64,000 nt of DNA from Candidatus Marinacidobacterales bacterium (GTDB lineage: Bacteria > Acidobacteriota > Vicinamibacteria > Marinacidobacterales > DATDRI01). The notes beneath the pieces are model-generated. The model did no database searches. It had not been told where the DNA came from and saw nothing but the letters and a program-made list of their open reading frames with translations. The position numbers and the translations under genes are program-made. The stretch spans positions 5,024,001 through 5,088,000 of the forward strand of contig OZ245365.1 of NCBI GenBank assembly GCA_965226495.1. Reading direction: 5' to 3'. How positions within the stretch are numbered: the stretch's first letter is position 1; every line of letters begins with the position of its first letter. This document shows, one piece after another, positions 1 through 9,956 of the stretch.

Positions 1-1684
1 GGACTCGAGTCGGAGGGCCGTTAACCTCCAAGCGTTCGAGATCGAAGGGCACCGCAAAAAGCGCCCCCGTCCGTGCGTACACCAAATGACCCGTTGGGGC
101 GTAACGCGCGAAGGTTCCTCCTTCGATCAGAACCTTGTATTCGTTCGTTTTCAACGAGACCACGCCGATCGTCGCGTTGTCCGATTCTTCCATGGTAGTG
201 ACGAGCAGTGCGGTTGCCCCCGGAAGAACCTGGGGCCAAATCAGTGCGAAGCTCTTGCATGATTCACATGTCGTTGCGACCTCCGGTGCGCCCCCGCCCG
301 CCGCGACCGACCAATGACCGTCCTTATCGTAGAGGGGAAAGTAGATCCGGTCATCGGGACCCCAGCTCGCATAGCGGAACCACTGATGAGCGGTCAACGT
401 CAAGGGTGAGCCTCCGGCAACGGCAACCTTTTTGAGCTTGTCGTCGGCGAAGAATCCCACCCACTCGCCATCGGGAGAGAAAAAGGGTTCTATGGCACCG
501 TCTGTTCCTGCCACTGGTTCGGCATCCAGCTTATCCATCGAGCGCAAGAAGAGTTTATTGGTGCCACTGTCTTGAGCGATGAAAGCCAGGCGCCTGCCGT
601 CGGGCGATATGGCCAGTGGCGAGTCTTCAGTGACTAGAGGCGGGGTAGACAACCGCAAACGGGTTACCGGCACGGTTGACGGCGACTAGGCCCGCCCCGA
701 CCCAAAAACTTCTTTGCTTCCACCACTGGGCGGGCCGCACTGGCACGCCCGGAATCGGCGTCTCACTCAGAGCATCTTCAAAGTCAATCCGCGCATCCCC
801 CACGTCGCGCAGCCGACGATGCAGATCCTTGCGAAGACAACGGCGCAGCACCTCCCTTACTTTCGCGGGTGTCGTCCCCGGCAAAGCTTCCCAGTCGGGT
901 TCCCTGTTGACGATCGCCGCAAGGGTGTCGGTGACGGTTTCTCCGACGAAAGGACTATGACCCGTCAATGACTCGTAGAGACAGCAACCAAATGCCCAAA
1001 TGTCCGCCCGCTTGTCCACCGCCTTGCCCCGCGCCTGCTCGGGACTCATGTAAGCGGCGGTGCCCAGGATCACTCCGGTCTCGGTCGCGTCTCGTGTGAT
1101 GGTCGGCGATTCCGACTTATCCCCCGACGGCGGACCGCCGGCCAGCGCCTTCGCCAAGCCGAAGTCCAGGACCTTGACTTTGTCGTCGGGAGTGAGCTTG
1201 ATGTTGGCGGGCTTGAGATGCGATGGACGACGCCCTTTTCATGAGCCGCTTCAAGCGCTTCCGAAATCTGGCCGAACAGAGGTAGGGCCTCGTCCAAAGG
1301 AACCGCGCCGCGCCTAATCCGCTCGGCCAGTGTTTCACCCGGAACGAGCTCCATTACAAGAAAACGAATTCTCTCAGGGCCGCGGGGCCCCACCCCCACG
1401 GCTCTCGCTCCGCGACTCGCTGCGCTCGGGCTGAGGGCTCTCCGATTCCTCGAGCCCGTGAATCGTCGCGATGTTCGGGTGATTCAGCGAAGCAAGAACG
1501 CGAGCTTCCCGTTCGAACCGGGCTAGACGTTCGGCGTCTTTGGCAAAGGCTTCGGGAAGAACCTTGATGGCGACGTCCCGCCCGAGCGTGGTGTCTCGCG
1601 CGCGGTAAACCTCACCCATGCCGCCGGCTCCGAGAAGCAACAGGCGTCGTAGGAACCTAGTTTGTCACCAGGGGCAACGGGCAC
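1..1684 (-). pseudogene. Ser/Thr protein kinase with TolB-like beta-propeller C-terminus; frameshifted, runs off window start
   Basis: Motifs [17 protein letters not shown](D)LKPANI, DFGLAK, GTAAYMSPEQ, DIWAFG and then AISPDG/PFFSPDG repeats are spread over different frames. Lesions at ~1642 (1-nt loss), 1376-1439 (64-nt insertion), ~1220 (1-nt loss in HRD) and ~685 (deletion in TM region). Likely GTG start at 1684. Confidence 0.85.
1376..1439 (-). repeat. Dispersed GGGGGTGGGGCCCC hairpin repeat, copy inserted in kinase CDS
   Basis: Interrupts HGLEESE|ERIRFLVMELV. Contains hairpin GCCGTGGGG-GTGGGG-CCCCGCGGC and the CCCGAGCGCAGC motif shared with other copies. Confidence 0.8.
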
Positions 1685-1751
1685 GCCCGCTCTCTCTCTT
1701 GAAGGTCTGGCTAGTTTCTTTCTGGAAAAGTAGACCCGTCTAAGTGAAGAG

Positions 1752-2642
1752 TCAAAGGGGGTTACTGAAAGAAGATGACAAAGAGGTCTTCCACGTAGGC
1801 TCTTTCGAGATCAGGGCTCCTGCGACCAGGCCTAGCATACTTGGCAGCGAGAGACCTACCCTGCGTTCGAGAACGGGATAACCGAGGGTCTCTATTTTCT
1901 CCAATATGCGGCAGTACACCGTGCCCATGAGTGACGTGCAGCGGCGACTGTCCGACTCAATCAGATCGAGAAGGGGTTCTGCTCGGCGGTAATACCCGCG
2001 CACACGCTCGACCTGAAAACGCATGAGCTCCGTAAAGGCCGGAGTGGCGCGTCGTTCCTTCAAATCCTTCTCGGTCACGCCAAAGCGGTCGAGCTCTTCC
2101 TTCGGAAGATAGATGCGATCCTTCTCGGCCGCATCTTCTCCGACGTCTCGCAGGATATTAGTGAGCTGAAACGCGGTTGCCAAGTCCCGGCCTCTGTCGA
2201 TGGCCGTTTCGTCTTTGTAGCCGAAGATCGAAAGCGACATCGTGGAGATCGTGGTTGCCACCAAATCGCTGTAAACGAGAAGCTCTTCGTAGGTGGCGTA
2301 GCGTTTCTTGACCAGATCCATGCGGCACCCTTCGATGAGTCCGGCAAAAGACTCTTTGGGAACTGGGTACCGCTTCGCGACGTCGGCAAGAGCGAGAGTT
2401 ATCGGATGGGTGGGTTGGCCTTGATAACAGCGCTCCAGCTCTTCCTGCCAACGGTCGACTCGCTGGCGGACGTCGGCGCCGGGATCCTCATCGACGATGT
2501 CGTCGACGAAACGACAAAAAGCGTAGGTGGCATATACCGCGCGACGTTTGGGCGGAGGAAGAAAACGGAATCCCACGGAGAAGTTCGGCCCGGAGCGGTG
2601 GGCGACCTGGCGGCAGAGGGCGTAAGCGTCGTCCAGCTCCAT
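1752..2642 (-). CDS. Squalene/phytoene synthase family protein (HpnD/CrtB-like)
   Basis: YAFCRFVDDIVD and AFQLTNILRDVGED Asp-rich motifs, plus RIYLP. Start trimmed to MELDD (alternative GTG at 2651). Confidence 0.9.
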   Translation of the reverse strand: MELDDAYALCRQVAHRSGPNFSVGFRFLPPPKRRAVYATYAFCRFVDDIVDEDPGADVRQRVDRWQEELERCYQGQPTHPITLALADVAKRYPVPKESFAGLIEGCRMDLVKKRYATYEELLVYSDLVATTISTMSLSIFGYKDETAIDRGRDLATAFQLTNILRDVGEDAAEKDRIYLPKEELDRFGVTEKDLKERRATPAFTELMRFQVERVRGYYRRAEPLLDLIESDSRRCTSLMGTVYCRILEKIETLGYPVLERRVGLSLPSMLGLVAGALISKEPTWKTSLSSSFSNPL

Positions 2643-2647
2643 CGCAC

Positions 2648-3799
2648 TCACTCTTCGAGATAGCGGGCCACGAAGTCCGCGGGAAGTGGCTCCGGCTTCC
2701 CGGACCTTCCCTCCCGAGGACGACACCACCCGCACAAGAGTTTGTGCCCACATGGCTCGCCACGACCAAAGATTTTTTGAGCAACCGGTCGCATCGCTAA
2801 CCGCCACCAAGCCGGCCGCGCCCACGAATGTAGAAACTCTCGGAAGTCACGTCGGCTCGCTTGCCAAACGAAGAAACGCAGGCCGTAGCGGCCAAGCCCC
2901 TCATAGAGGAGACGGGTGGAAACGCTCGAGCGCATGGTGGGGCCGAACTGTTCGGTCCACAAACGATCAAAATGAGCTTTCTCGACGAGACTCCTCGCCG
3001 CCAGGTGGCCGGTGGCAATGGCATAACGAATACCGAGTCCGAACAAGTAATCTTGAAAACCACCCGCTTCGCCCGCAAAGAGCGAACGTCCTTGAACCGA
3101 GCTCTCGTGAAGAAAGAAATTCATGTAGGAGTACCCGGGCCGAGGTGAATCGATGTCGAACGGCCGAATGGCTTGAAAACGCTCGACCGTCCTTTCAAAG
3201 TGGCTCTCCAGTCGGCTATACTCTTTCAAAAGCGCGAGCCCCAGAGTGCCCCAACCGTCCAGCACGAAGAAATAAGCATAGCCTCCCGGTGCCAACTCGG
3301 GGTCGAAGATCACCTCGATGCGATCGGGGCTTGCGGTTCGAAACGCTATCTCCTTCGCGATCCCGTCGGCGGGGCCTGGCCCGGTAGCGACGATGTCCGC
3401 CTCGCCGGGCGAGAGCTTCTTTCCGAAATGGATCACCGTGCCCAGAGCTCGTGCCTGAGCCTCGAGCCCGCGATCGAGCGTGCCCGATTCCGTCCCGCGG
3501 CGCAAAAAGTAGCCGTATGGCCGTGAGCTCGCTACCGAAAAAGCCTTACCACGGTCGTCGAAGAGGTGCGCCCAGTGAGCGGCTCGGAGCTCGAAGTTGA
3601 CGTCGATTCCCAACCGAGCGAGCTCCTCGAGTGCGTCTTCCTTCCGGCTATAGCTCTCGAGGACTTGATACTCTCCGATGAAGCGAGCCCCGACATCGTC
3701 TCTTCGCTCGAAGACCTCAACCGGAACTCCGCTGCGACGAAGATGGATGGCAGCGGACAATCCAGCCGGACCGGCGCCGGCGATGACCACCGGTTTCAT
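2648..3799 (-). CDS. NAD(P)/FAD-dependent oxidoreductase (geranylgeranyl-reductase-like)
   Basis: N-terminal GAGPAG Rossmann motif, APGGYAYFF, AGEAGG..D.LFGLGIRYA. C-terminal Cys/His cluster CGHKLLCGWC. Confidence 0.8.
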   Translation of the reverse strand: MKPVVIAGAGPAGLSAAIHLRRSGVPVEVFERRDDVGARFIGEYQVLESYSRKEDALEELARLGIDVNFELRAAHWAHLFDDRGKAFSVASSRPYGYFLRRGTESGTLDRGLEAQARALGTVIHFGKKLSPGEADIVATGPGPADGIAKEIAFRTASPDRIEVIFDPELAPGGYAYFFVLDGWGTLGLALLKEYSRLESHFERTVERFQAIRPFDIDSPRPGYSYMNFFLHESSVQGRSLFAGEAGGFQDYLFGLGIRYAIATGHLAARSLVEKAHFDRLWTEQFGPTMRSSVSTRLLYEGLGRYGLRFFVWQASRRDFREFLHSWARPAWWRLAMRPVAQKIFGRGEPCGHKLLCGWCRPREGRSGKPEPLPADFVARYLEE

Positions 3800-4938
3800 G
3801 GCAGAAGAAGTCTCGACAGCGTGGCCTCCCAGGTGATGCTGCGCACGCTCTCTTCGGCCATGTTGCCCATCCGCATCGCAAGCTCTTGGTTACCGGCCAG
3901 GACATCAATCTGCCGGGCAATGAAATGAGGATCCGGCAACAAGACGTAACCCGAGCGCCCGTTGGTTACGAGCTCCGCGGGGCCGCCGCTGTCTAAGCAC
4001 GTGATCACGGGTTTTTTCGAGCGAGCGGCCTCCAGGGTGACGAACCCGAAGTCTTCCATGAACGGAGCGAAGAAAACGGCCCGGCAACGCGCATAGTGAT
4101 GAATGAGGGTCTCCTCGTCGACCCGGCCCAAGAACTCCACTCGTTTCTTAATATCGAGCTCAACAGCGAGTCGGCGCAGTTCATCCTCCTCCTCCCCACT
4201 TCCGGCGATGACGACCCGTATGTCGTCCGACTTGACGTGCTGCATCGCCTTCAGTAGCAGGCTGACACGTTTCAAAGGATGGAGCCTGGAAACGGCGAAG
4301 ATGTAGTTGTCGTATGAATCGGTGCGATAGGCCCTAACCGGCGGTGGTGGGTAGAGCACCTCGCTCGAGATGTTCCCCCACTTCATCAGTCTTTCTTGAA
4401 CCGTCTTGGAAAGTGCGAAGAGACGGGTCACGTTTCGCCGAAGCAGGTAACCGTCGGCGCGGTGCACCATGAATCGACGGGTACCCTCCTTTATTCTGCC
4501 TTTCCACGAAAGCTGTTCCTTGAAACGGGGCCACAGGTCGTAGTACTCGCGCATGCGATGGGTGAGCCAGCACACGTGACGAGGGTGCCGGACCGCATAG
4601 CTCGGATAGCGAAGGGAGATCACCTGATCGACGGGCACGCCGTCTCCGGACTCGGAAACGTCGGTCAACCAGTTGGCTAGATAGGCCGCGAACTGGCGAC
4701 CGAAACGGTTTTGTGCGGTTCGAATAATCTCTACCCGAAAACCGTGCTGCTGCAACGCGGCGGCAAGGTTGCGGGCGATGACGCGATGTCCGCCCTCCAC
4801 GAACGGCACATCCGACGTGACCACGGCAACGCGGACCGGCTCGGCCTCGGACCCAGTGGCCTCGGCAGCTTTGCTGGCGTCGCTGGCTTTACTTTCAGCG
4901 GTCACTTTCGACAAAGCCGGACCGTTCGAGGTCTCCAT
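3796..4938 (-). CDS. Glycosyltransferase family 4
   Basis: SRLHPLKR and EDFGFVTLEAARSKKPVI...GGPAE GT-B motifs. Start position uncertain. Confidence 0.9.
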   Translation of the reverse strand: METSNGPALSKVTAESKASDASKAAEATGSEAEPVRVAVVTSDVPFVEGGHRVIARNLAAALQQHGFRVEIIRTAQNRFGRQFAAYLANWLTDVSESGDGVPVDQVISLRYPSYAVRHPRHVCWLTHRMREYYDLWPRFKEQLSWKGRIKEGTRRFMVHRADGYLLRRNVTRLFALSKTVQERLMKWGNISSEVLYPPPPVRAYRTDSYDNYIFAVSRLHPLKRVSLLLKAMQHVKSDDIRVVIAGSGEEEDELRRLAVELDIKKRVEFLGRVDEETLIHHYARCRAVFFAPFMEDFGFVTLEAARSKKPVITCLDSGGPAELVTNGRSGYVLLPDPHFIARQIDVLAGNQELAMRMGNMAEESVRSITWEATLSRLLLP

Positions 4939-5956
4939 GCCGGACGTCTTCCTTTCCACTAGCCGACTCGCTGGCGGCAAACCCCTCTATCGCGTATATG
5001 AACCCGCCGGGAAGATTCCCGATGACGCCGAGAGCGAGGATGAGTACGGAGAGCACGAACGCGCCGTCGGGATCCATTCCCACACTTCCAAAAAGGGCCA
5101 CATAGGCAAGATTGGTGGTTCCTAGACCGCTGACCGAGATCGGCAACATGGTAATCAACAGTATGAGGGGAACGAAACAAAAAAAGTAGACCGGAGCCGT
5201 ATCGAGACCCATCGCTTCCGAAAGAAGATAAGCCTGTAGGATGCGAAGAAGCTGAACACCCACTGACATCGCGAGGACGAGTCCCAGGAGCCCCGGTTGG
5301 CTTCGGTAGCGTTCCATGGCTCCTACTGCCCTTCCTACCGAACGTCGCCAGCCGGGCCAGCCGGGTCTCGTATCTTCATCGAGGTCTTCGCCGTCTTCAC
5401 TGTCAGGCCGGATGCGAGACAAGATCCAACGGTGGAAAGACGAGGACAGCAGCAAAGCAAGTCCCGCCAAAACCACCACTGAGAGCGCGAGTACCGTCGC
5501 CAGCAAGGCGGGGTGAGGGTAGATGCGGAAGAAAACGACGAGGGCGACGAGACCGATCAGTAGCATCGAGAGCATTCCCATGATGCGATCCATTGCCACC
5601 GAGGCGACGGATTCAATACTCTTCGACGACAACCTGGAAAAAGACACGGCACGAACCGTTTCTCCCCCGATCCCGGTGGGAAGGAAGCTCCCGAAGAACG
5701 TGCTCAAGAAAAAAATCTTCACGATTCTGACGCGCGGCGGATGAAAGCCGAGACCTTCTAGAAGGTAGATCCAGCGCCCGGCCATGAGACTGCGGTCCAT
5801 CGCCACCGTCACGAGAGTGAGCGCGACCAGCCACCAATCGGCCCGGGCAAGAAAACCCGCCATGTTTCGAATATCGAGCCGGGAGAGCAGTAATGCGATC
5901 AGCGCTACGCTGACAACGATGCGTAGGACCCACCAAAAACGACGGCGGTTCGTCAT
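4895..5956 (-). CDS. Lysylphosphatidylglycerol-synthase TM / flippase-like membrane protein (UPF0104)
   Basis: RW..LL, FFGSFLPTGIGGE.VR, DR..G and LPISVSGLG motifs; multiple TM helices. Confidence 0.85.
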   Translation of the reverse strand: MTNRRRFWWVLRIVVSVALIALLLSRLDIRNMAGFLARADWWLVALTLVTVAMDRSLMAGRWIYLLEGLGFHPPRVRIVKIFFLSTFFGSFLPTGIGGETVRAVSFSRLSSKSIESVASVAMDRIMGMLSMLLIGLVALVVFFRIYPHPALLATVLALSVVVLAGLALLLSSSFHRWILSRIRPDSEDGEDLDEDTRPGWPGWRRSVGRAVGAMERYRSQPGLLGLVLAMSVGVQLLRILQAYLLSEAMGLDTAPVYFFCFVPLILLITMLPISVSGLGTTNLAYVALFGSVGMDPDGAFVLSVLILALGVIGNLPGGFIYAIEGFAASESASGKEDVRHGDLERSGFVESDR

Positions 5957-7227
5957 TGAGTAAGAGCACCGGCGGGAGCATTCTCCCGCGCCGACCCGTT
6001 TCCCGATTTCCCTGGAACGTCATCGAGAAAAGTAAAGTCTCGCTCGTAATCCCACCTTGGGCGGCCAGAACCCACGTCGCGGTAGCGGTTCACCAGAACC
6101 TCGTAGAGCCGCGACATCTTGTCGACAAACGCTTGAATATCGAACCGACGTGAGCTCTCTCGGGCGTTTTCTGAGATTCGAAACGCGAGAGTCGGTTCGT
6201 CGAGGACTCTGGCGATAGCCCCGGCCAGCGCCTTCGGGTCTCGAGGGGGCACCACCACAGAATTCACGCCGTCCCGCAAGACGTCCCGGAGCCCATCGAC
6301 GTCGGTCGAGACGATGGGCTTCGCCATCGCCATCGACTCGAAGACGGTGAGCGGCGTTCCTTCCCAAAGCGAGGGAAAGACAGTCACATCGAAGCTTGCG
6401 AACGAAGCCGCGACGTCTTTTTGGAAACCCAAGAAGAACACCTTGTCCTTTATCCCCAACCGTGCCGCCTGGGCCTCGAGATCCGGTTGCAGCGGACCCT
6501 CCCCAACGAAGACGAAACGGAGCTCGGGTCGTTCGCGCGACAAGAGAGCCGCGGCGTCTATGAAGAAACTGTTTCCCTTAGACTCCATGAGTCGAGTGAC
6601 GGTGCCGACGACTCGAATGCCTTTTTCGGAGAGCCCGGAAAGCCCTGAGAGGCCAAGTTTCTGGCGAGCCTCCCGTTCCCTCTCACTGCTCCACGGTTGG
6701 AACTCATCCAGCGGCGCTCCCAAGTAGACCAGCTTCACACGCTCGGGGGAGAGTTTTCTCGCCCGGATGCAGAATTGGCGCGTGCTGTCGGAGACCGCGA
6801 TCGCCAGATCGGTAACTGGATCCAGGAGCTTGTCCGGAATCTTTTGAAACCAAGGCGTGTCGGTTAGGTTCGCATGCTCGTGGAGGACATTGGGCATCCG
6901 CAAGAGCAGCGCCGCAGCTCGCCCGAAAGTCGTCGCCCCATAGCCATGGGTTTGGATGACATCGATCTCGAGCCGCTTCAGCAAGCGAACCAACGCCGGG
7001 AGCGTTGTTGGATCAAACTTCGATTTCTCTAGATAGTGTACCGGAAATCCGAACTGCTCGAGCGTTTCCTCCGACAGATCCCGTTTGCGAAGGCTCAAGA
7101 GCGATACCCTGAATCTTTTCGGATCGAACCGAGGGATCATCCAACTAAAAAGCCGCTTCACCCCATGCATCCGGGATCCCTCCCACCCGAGGTGATCGCA
7201 AATTTGCAGGACGTTGATAGGAGCCAA
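5953..7227 (-). CDS. Glycosyltransferase family 4
   Basis: PSLWEGTPLTVFESMAMAKPIVSTDVDG. TTG start at 7227 after AAGGAG SD. Confidence 0.9.
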   Translation of the reverse strand: MAPINVLQICDHLGWEGSRMHGVKRLFSWMIPRFDPKRFRVSLLSLRKRDLSEETLEQFGFPVHYLEKSKFDPTTLPALVRLLKRLEIDVIQTHGYGATTFGRAAALLLRMPNVLHEHANLTDTPWFQKIPDKLLDPVTDLAIAVSDSTRQFCIRARKLSPERVKLVYLGAPLDEFQPWSSEREREARQKLGLSGLSGLSEKGIRVVGTVTRLMESKGNSFFIDAAALLSRERPELRFVFVGEGPLQPDLEAQAARLGIKDKVFFLGFQKDVAASFASFDVTVFPSLWEGTPLTVFESMAMAKPIVSTDVDGLRDVLRDGVNSVVVPPRDPKALAGAIARVLDEPTLAFRISENARESSRRFDIQAFVDKMSRLYEVLVNRYRDVGSGRPRWDYERDFTFLDDVPGKSGNGSARENAPAGALTQ

Positions 7228-7231
7228 CGGG

Positions 7232-8437
7232 CTACTTCTCCTTCGACTGAGATGGCGACTGCGGTGGATGCAGGCGATTGTACTTCCTGCCAATCTCTAG
7301 CACGCGCTCAATGGAAAGTGCCTCGACGGTGCGATCATCGCGGCCGGAGACAGTGGTGGCTTTGAGTAGGGAATTGTAAATGGCCTCCTCGGTGGCTTCG
7401 ACGACCGCTTCGAAGAGCGGCGAGAGCGCATCACCTCGAAGCACCGGCGCACCCTCGGTGAGGCTCTCGGATTCGTAGGCGCTTCGGAGCTCGGAGGCTG
7501 TCGAGAAGGCAATGACGAAGTCCCCGCTCCCGTGCGTCGAAGGACCGCCCGTCCGGCCCATGCCCAGGATGGCTCGGCTCGCCAGCCTTCGCAGCCCATG
7601 CGTTGCCAACGGTGCGTCGGTCGCCACCACCATCATGACCGACCCGTCTCCGCGGTCAGCGCGGTCAGCACGGTCAGGCCGGTCAGCAGTTCCACCTGGT
7701 GTCTCGACGTCGTCCCGCAAATAAAAACGGCCCAACTCCTCACCGACCGGCAGTCCGTCCATCTGAAGGACGCCGCCAAAATTGCTCTGCACCAGAACAC
7801 CGAGCGTATAGCCGCCGAGAGAATCGGGAAGGCGCCGGGATGACGTCCCGATGCCTCCCTTGAAACCAAAACAAATCGTCCCCGCACCGGCCCCGACGCT
7901 TCCCTCGGGGACCGGGCCCGCTTCCGCTCCGTGAATGGCGGCGAGCACGTGTTCCTCCTTAACGTGCCGGCCGCGAATATCATTCAGATATCCGTCGTTC
8001 GTCTCACCGACCACCGGATTAACGGAACGCACGTCTTCGTTTCCCGAAAGCGCAAGTGTGTAAGTTAACACCGCGTTCGCAGCTTCCCATACGGACAAGG
8101 TGTTGGTCAGAACAATGGGAGTCTCGACAAAGCCCAATTCCTCGACTTGCGTCGATCCCACGAGTTTGCCGAATGCATTACCGATGTGGATGGCGGCGGG
8201 AACCTTGTCTTGAAAGAGGTTCCCACCGTGCGGAAGGATGGCGGTCACGCCGGTCCTCACGGAATCACCTTCAACAAGGGTGACGTGTCCTACGCGCACT
8301 CCCTGAACGTCGGTGATCGCGTTCAGTGGCCCGGTCGGGAGGACTCCCGGCACCACGCCGATGTCCCTGGCACGCGGACGCCCGGACTGCGCCTGAGCTC
8401 CTTGGACTGTGAACGCCATGAGGAGCACGAAACCCAT
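7232..8437 (-). CDS. dmpA: P1 family peptidase (DmpA L-aminopeptidase/D-esterase)
   Basis: NAITDV.GVRVGH, RTGVTAILP, NPVVGETNDGYL, GFKGGIGTSSR and the DGS autoproteolysis site; signal peptide. Confidence 0.88.
   Translation of the reverse strand: MGFVLLMAFTVQGAQAQSGRPRARDIGVVPGVLPTGPLNAITDVQGVRVGHVTLVEGDSVRTGVTAILPHGGNLFQDKVPAAIHIGNAFGKLVGSTQVEELGFVETPIVLTNTLSVWEAANAVLTYTLALSGNEDVRSVNPVVGETNDGYLNDIRGRHVKEEHVLAAIHGAEAGPVPEGSVGAGAGTICFGFKGGIGTSSRRLPDSLGGYTLGVLVQSNFGGVLQMDGLPVGEELGRFYLRDDVETPGGTADRPDRADRADRGDGSVMMVVATDAPLATHGLRRLASRAILGMGRTGGPSTHGSGDFVIAFSTASELRSAYESESLTEGAPVLRGDALSPLFEAVVEATEEAIYNSLLKATTVSGRDDRTVEALSIERVLEIGRKYNRLHPPQSPSQSKEK
7651..7689 (-). repeat. In-frame 9-bp tandem repeat (G/C)CTGACCGN x4 encoding ADRPDRADRADR
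   Basis: Directly visible in sequence, immediately before the GDGS cleavage site. Confidence 0.8.
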
Positions 8438-8447
8438 CCTTCGACAG

Positions 8448-9662
8448 CTACTTGCTGGGCGCCTGACTCGGCACGGCTTGCTCGGGTTCCGCCGTTTTCG
8501 ACAGGAAATCCAAAACGCGACGGGTCTTCTCCAAGTAGTTTTCATAACTGTATTGGTTTTCCGCTCGTCGTCGGGCGGCTTCGCCCAGGGCCTGGGCCCG
8601 ATTGGGGTCCCGTAGCAAGGTCAAGATTCCCTCGCCGAACGCTTCTGGGTCGACCGCAGTGAGCTGGGAAACCTCGTCGTCCAAAACTTGCGTGTGTGTG
8701 AGCAATCGCGTGGCAACGATCGGTTTTCCGGCGCGTAGGTAAGAATAGATCTTCAATGGAGTGTTGTTTCCGTGGGAACGGGGAGACACCAGGACGTCGG
8801 TGGCAGCTAGATAGACGGACATCTCCTCCGGCGGGCGCTGTCCCACGAAGACGACCTTGTCCTCGAGACCTCGTTGCTGGATCGCGCCTCGCGCCTGGTC
8901 GATTTGGTCGGGATGACCACCCACCATGAGTAGGCGCGCCTTAGGGTCGCGCTCTGCGACCCATCGGACGGCGTCGAAAAGAAGGTCGAGTCCCTGATAG
9001 GCTTCGAACGTTCCGGTGTAACCGATGACCGCTGTCCCTTCGAGCCCCAAAGACTTTCGGAGAGCCGTCACCTCTTCACTATCGGCGGCGCGATTCGCCT
9101 CCGCCAGGGGCGAGTTCTCGATCAAGAAACAGGGCGTGTCGGGATCGACGTCGGCGACAACCTCCTGCAAATAGGGACAGATCACGATGACCGCCGACGA
9201 GCCCTTGATGGTCCAGCGCTCTGCGATCGCGAACAGTTTCCGCAGTACCCCCGACCGCGTGTAGCGGAAGTTGACGAGCTGCTCGGGCAGAGACGAGTGC
9301 ATATCGTAAACGGTAGGGACGCGGAACAGTTTCGATAGCAAAACTCCCATCAGCCCGGCCTCTTCGTGGCAATCGAGCAGATCGTAGCGAGCCGACAGCA
9401 GCCGCCGCAGGGCGGAGAAGAACACCATGACGTCCAGCGGAAGCTTGGCGAGCGATGGGCCGATCGCGATCTTGCGGATTCCCGGGATCCCTGGAGCGCG
9501 GAAGATTCTCAGCCCGGGGATGGAAACGTCTTCCCCTATCGGATAGGTCACCATATCGACTTCGTGTCCGAGCTCGGTCAAGGCGCGGGTCCGGTAATAC
9601 TCACTGAAGGGCGTACCCCGGGGCTGGAAGAAGGGCTCCGGGGCGATCATGAGGATACGCAT
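8448..9662 (-). CDS. Glycosyltransferase family 4
   Basis: YTGTFEAYQGLD and SPRSHGNNTPLKIYSYL.AGKPIVAT motifs. Confidence 0.9.
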   Translation of the reverse strand: MRILMIAPEPFFQPRGTPFSEYYRTRALTELGHEVDMVTYPIGEDVSIPGLRIFRAPGIPGIRKIAIGPSLAKLPLDVMVFFSALRRLLSARYDLLDCHEEAGLMGVLLSKLFRVPTVYDMHSSLPEQLVNFRYTRSGVLRKLFAIAERWTIKGSSAVIVICPYLQEVVADVDPDTPCFLIENSPLAEANRAADSEEVTALRKSLGLEGTAVIGYTGTFEAYQGLDLLFDAVRWVAERDPKARLLMVGGHPDQIDQARGAIQQRGLEDKVVFVGQRPPEEMSVYLAATDVLVSPRSHGNNTPLKIYSYLRAGKPIVATRLLTHTQVLDDEVSQLTAVDPEAFGEGILTLLRDPNRAQALGEAARRRAENQYSYENYLEKTRRVLDFLSKTAEPEQAVPSQAPSK

Positions 9663-9738
9663 GGCTTTCGGTACGGTAGCCCGCCTTAGCTCCCTTATCT
9701 CCCTTATCTCATTGACCAGACGAGACTAAGTCAGGAAG

Positions 9739-9768
9739 ATTATAGGCTCGGTGACGAAGAGGGGTCAA
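9739..9768 (-). promoter_or_regulatory. Putative sigma70 promoter of the GT/terpene-synthase operon
   Basis: TTGACC-18 nt-TATAAT on the minus strand. Confidence 0.6.
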
Positions 9769-9869
9769 AGGCAGTGAATAACGACCCAATTGACGACATC
9801 AAGGCAGGCCGACCGATCGACCGCTCCGGCCTCTAGACGGCTCGGGTTCACCTTATGAAAGTTTGCCGG

Positions 9870-9898
9870 TTGACTCGACGCGCGGCCTCGCATAGCAT
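9870..9898 (+). promoter_or_regulatory. Putative sigma70 promoter of the dipeptidase gene
   Basis: TTGACT-17 nt-TAGCAT. Confidence 0.55.
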
Positions 9899-9956
9899 CG
9901 GGCCGGATTAGGAAACGTCTCTCAAAGGGTCGTCCCCAACGACCGGGAGGAAGGAA

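Noticed and set aside
350-370. Suspected extra frameshift in the kinase propeller region
   Set aside because: Recount shows TGG GGT CCC GAT in frame; no lesion.
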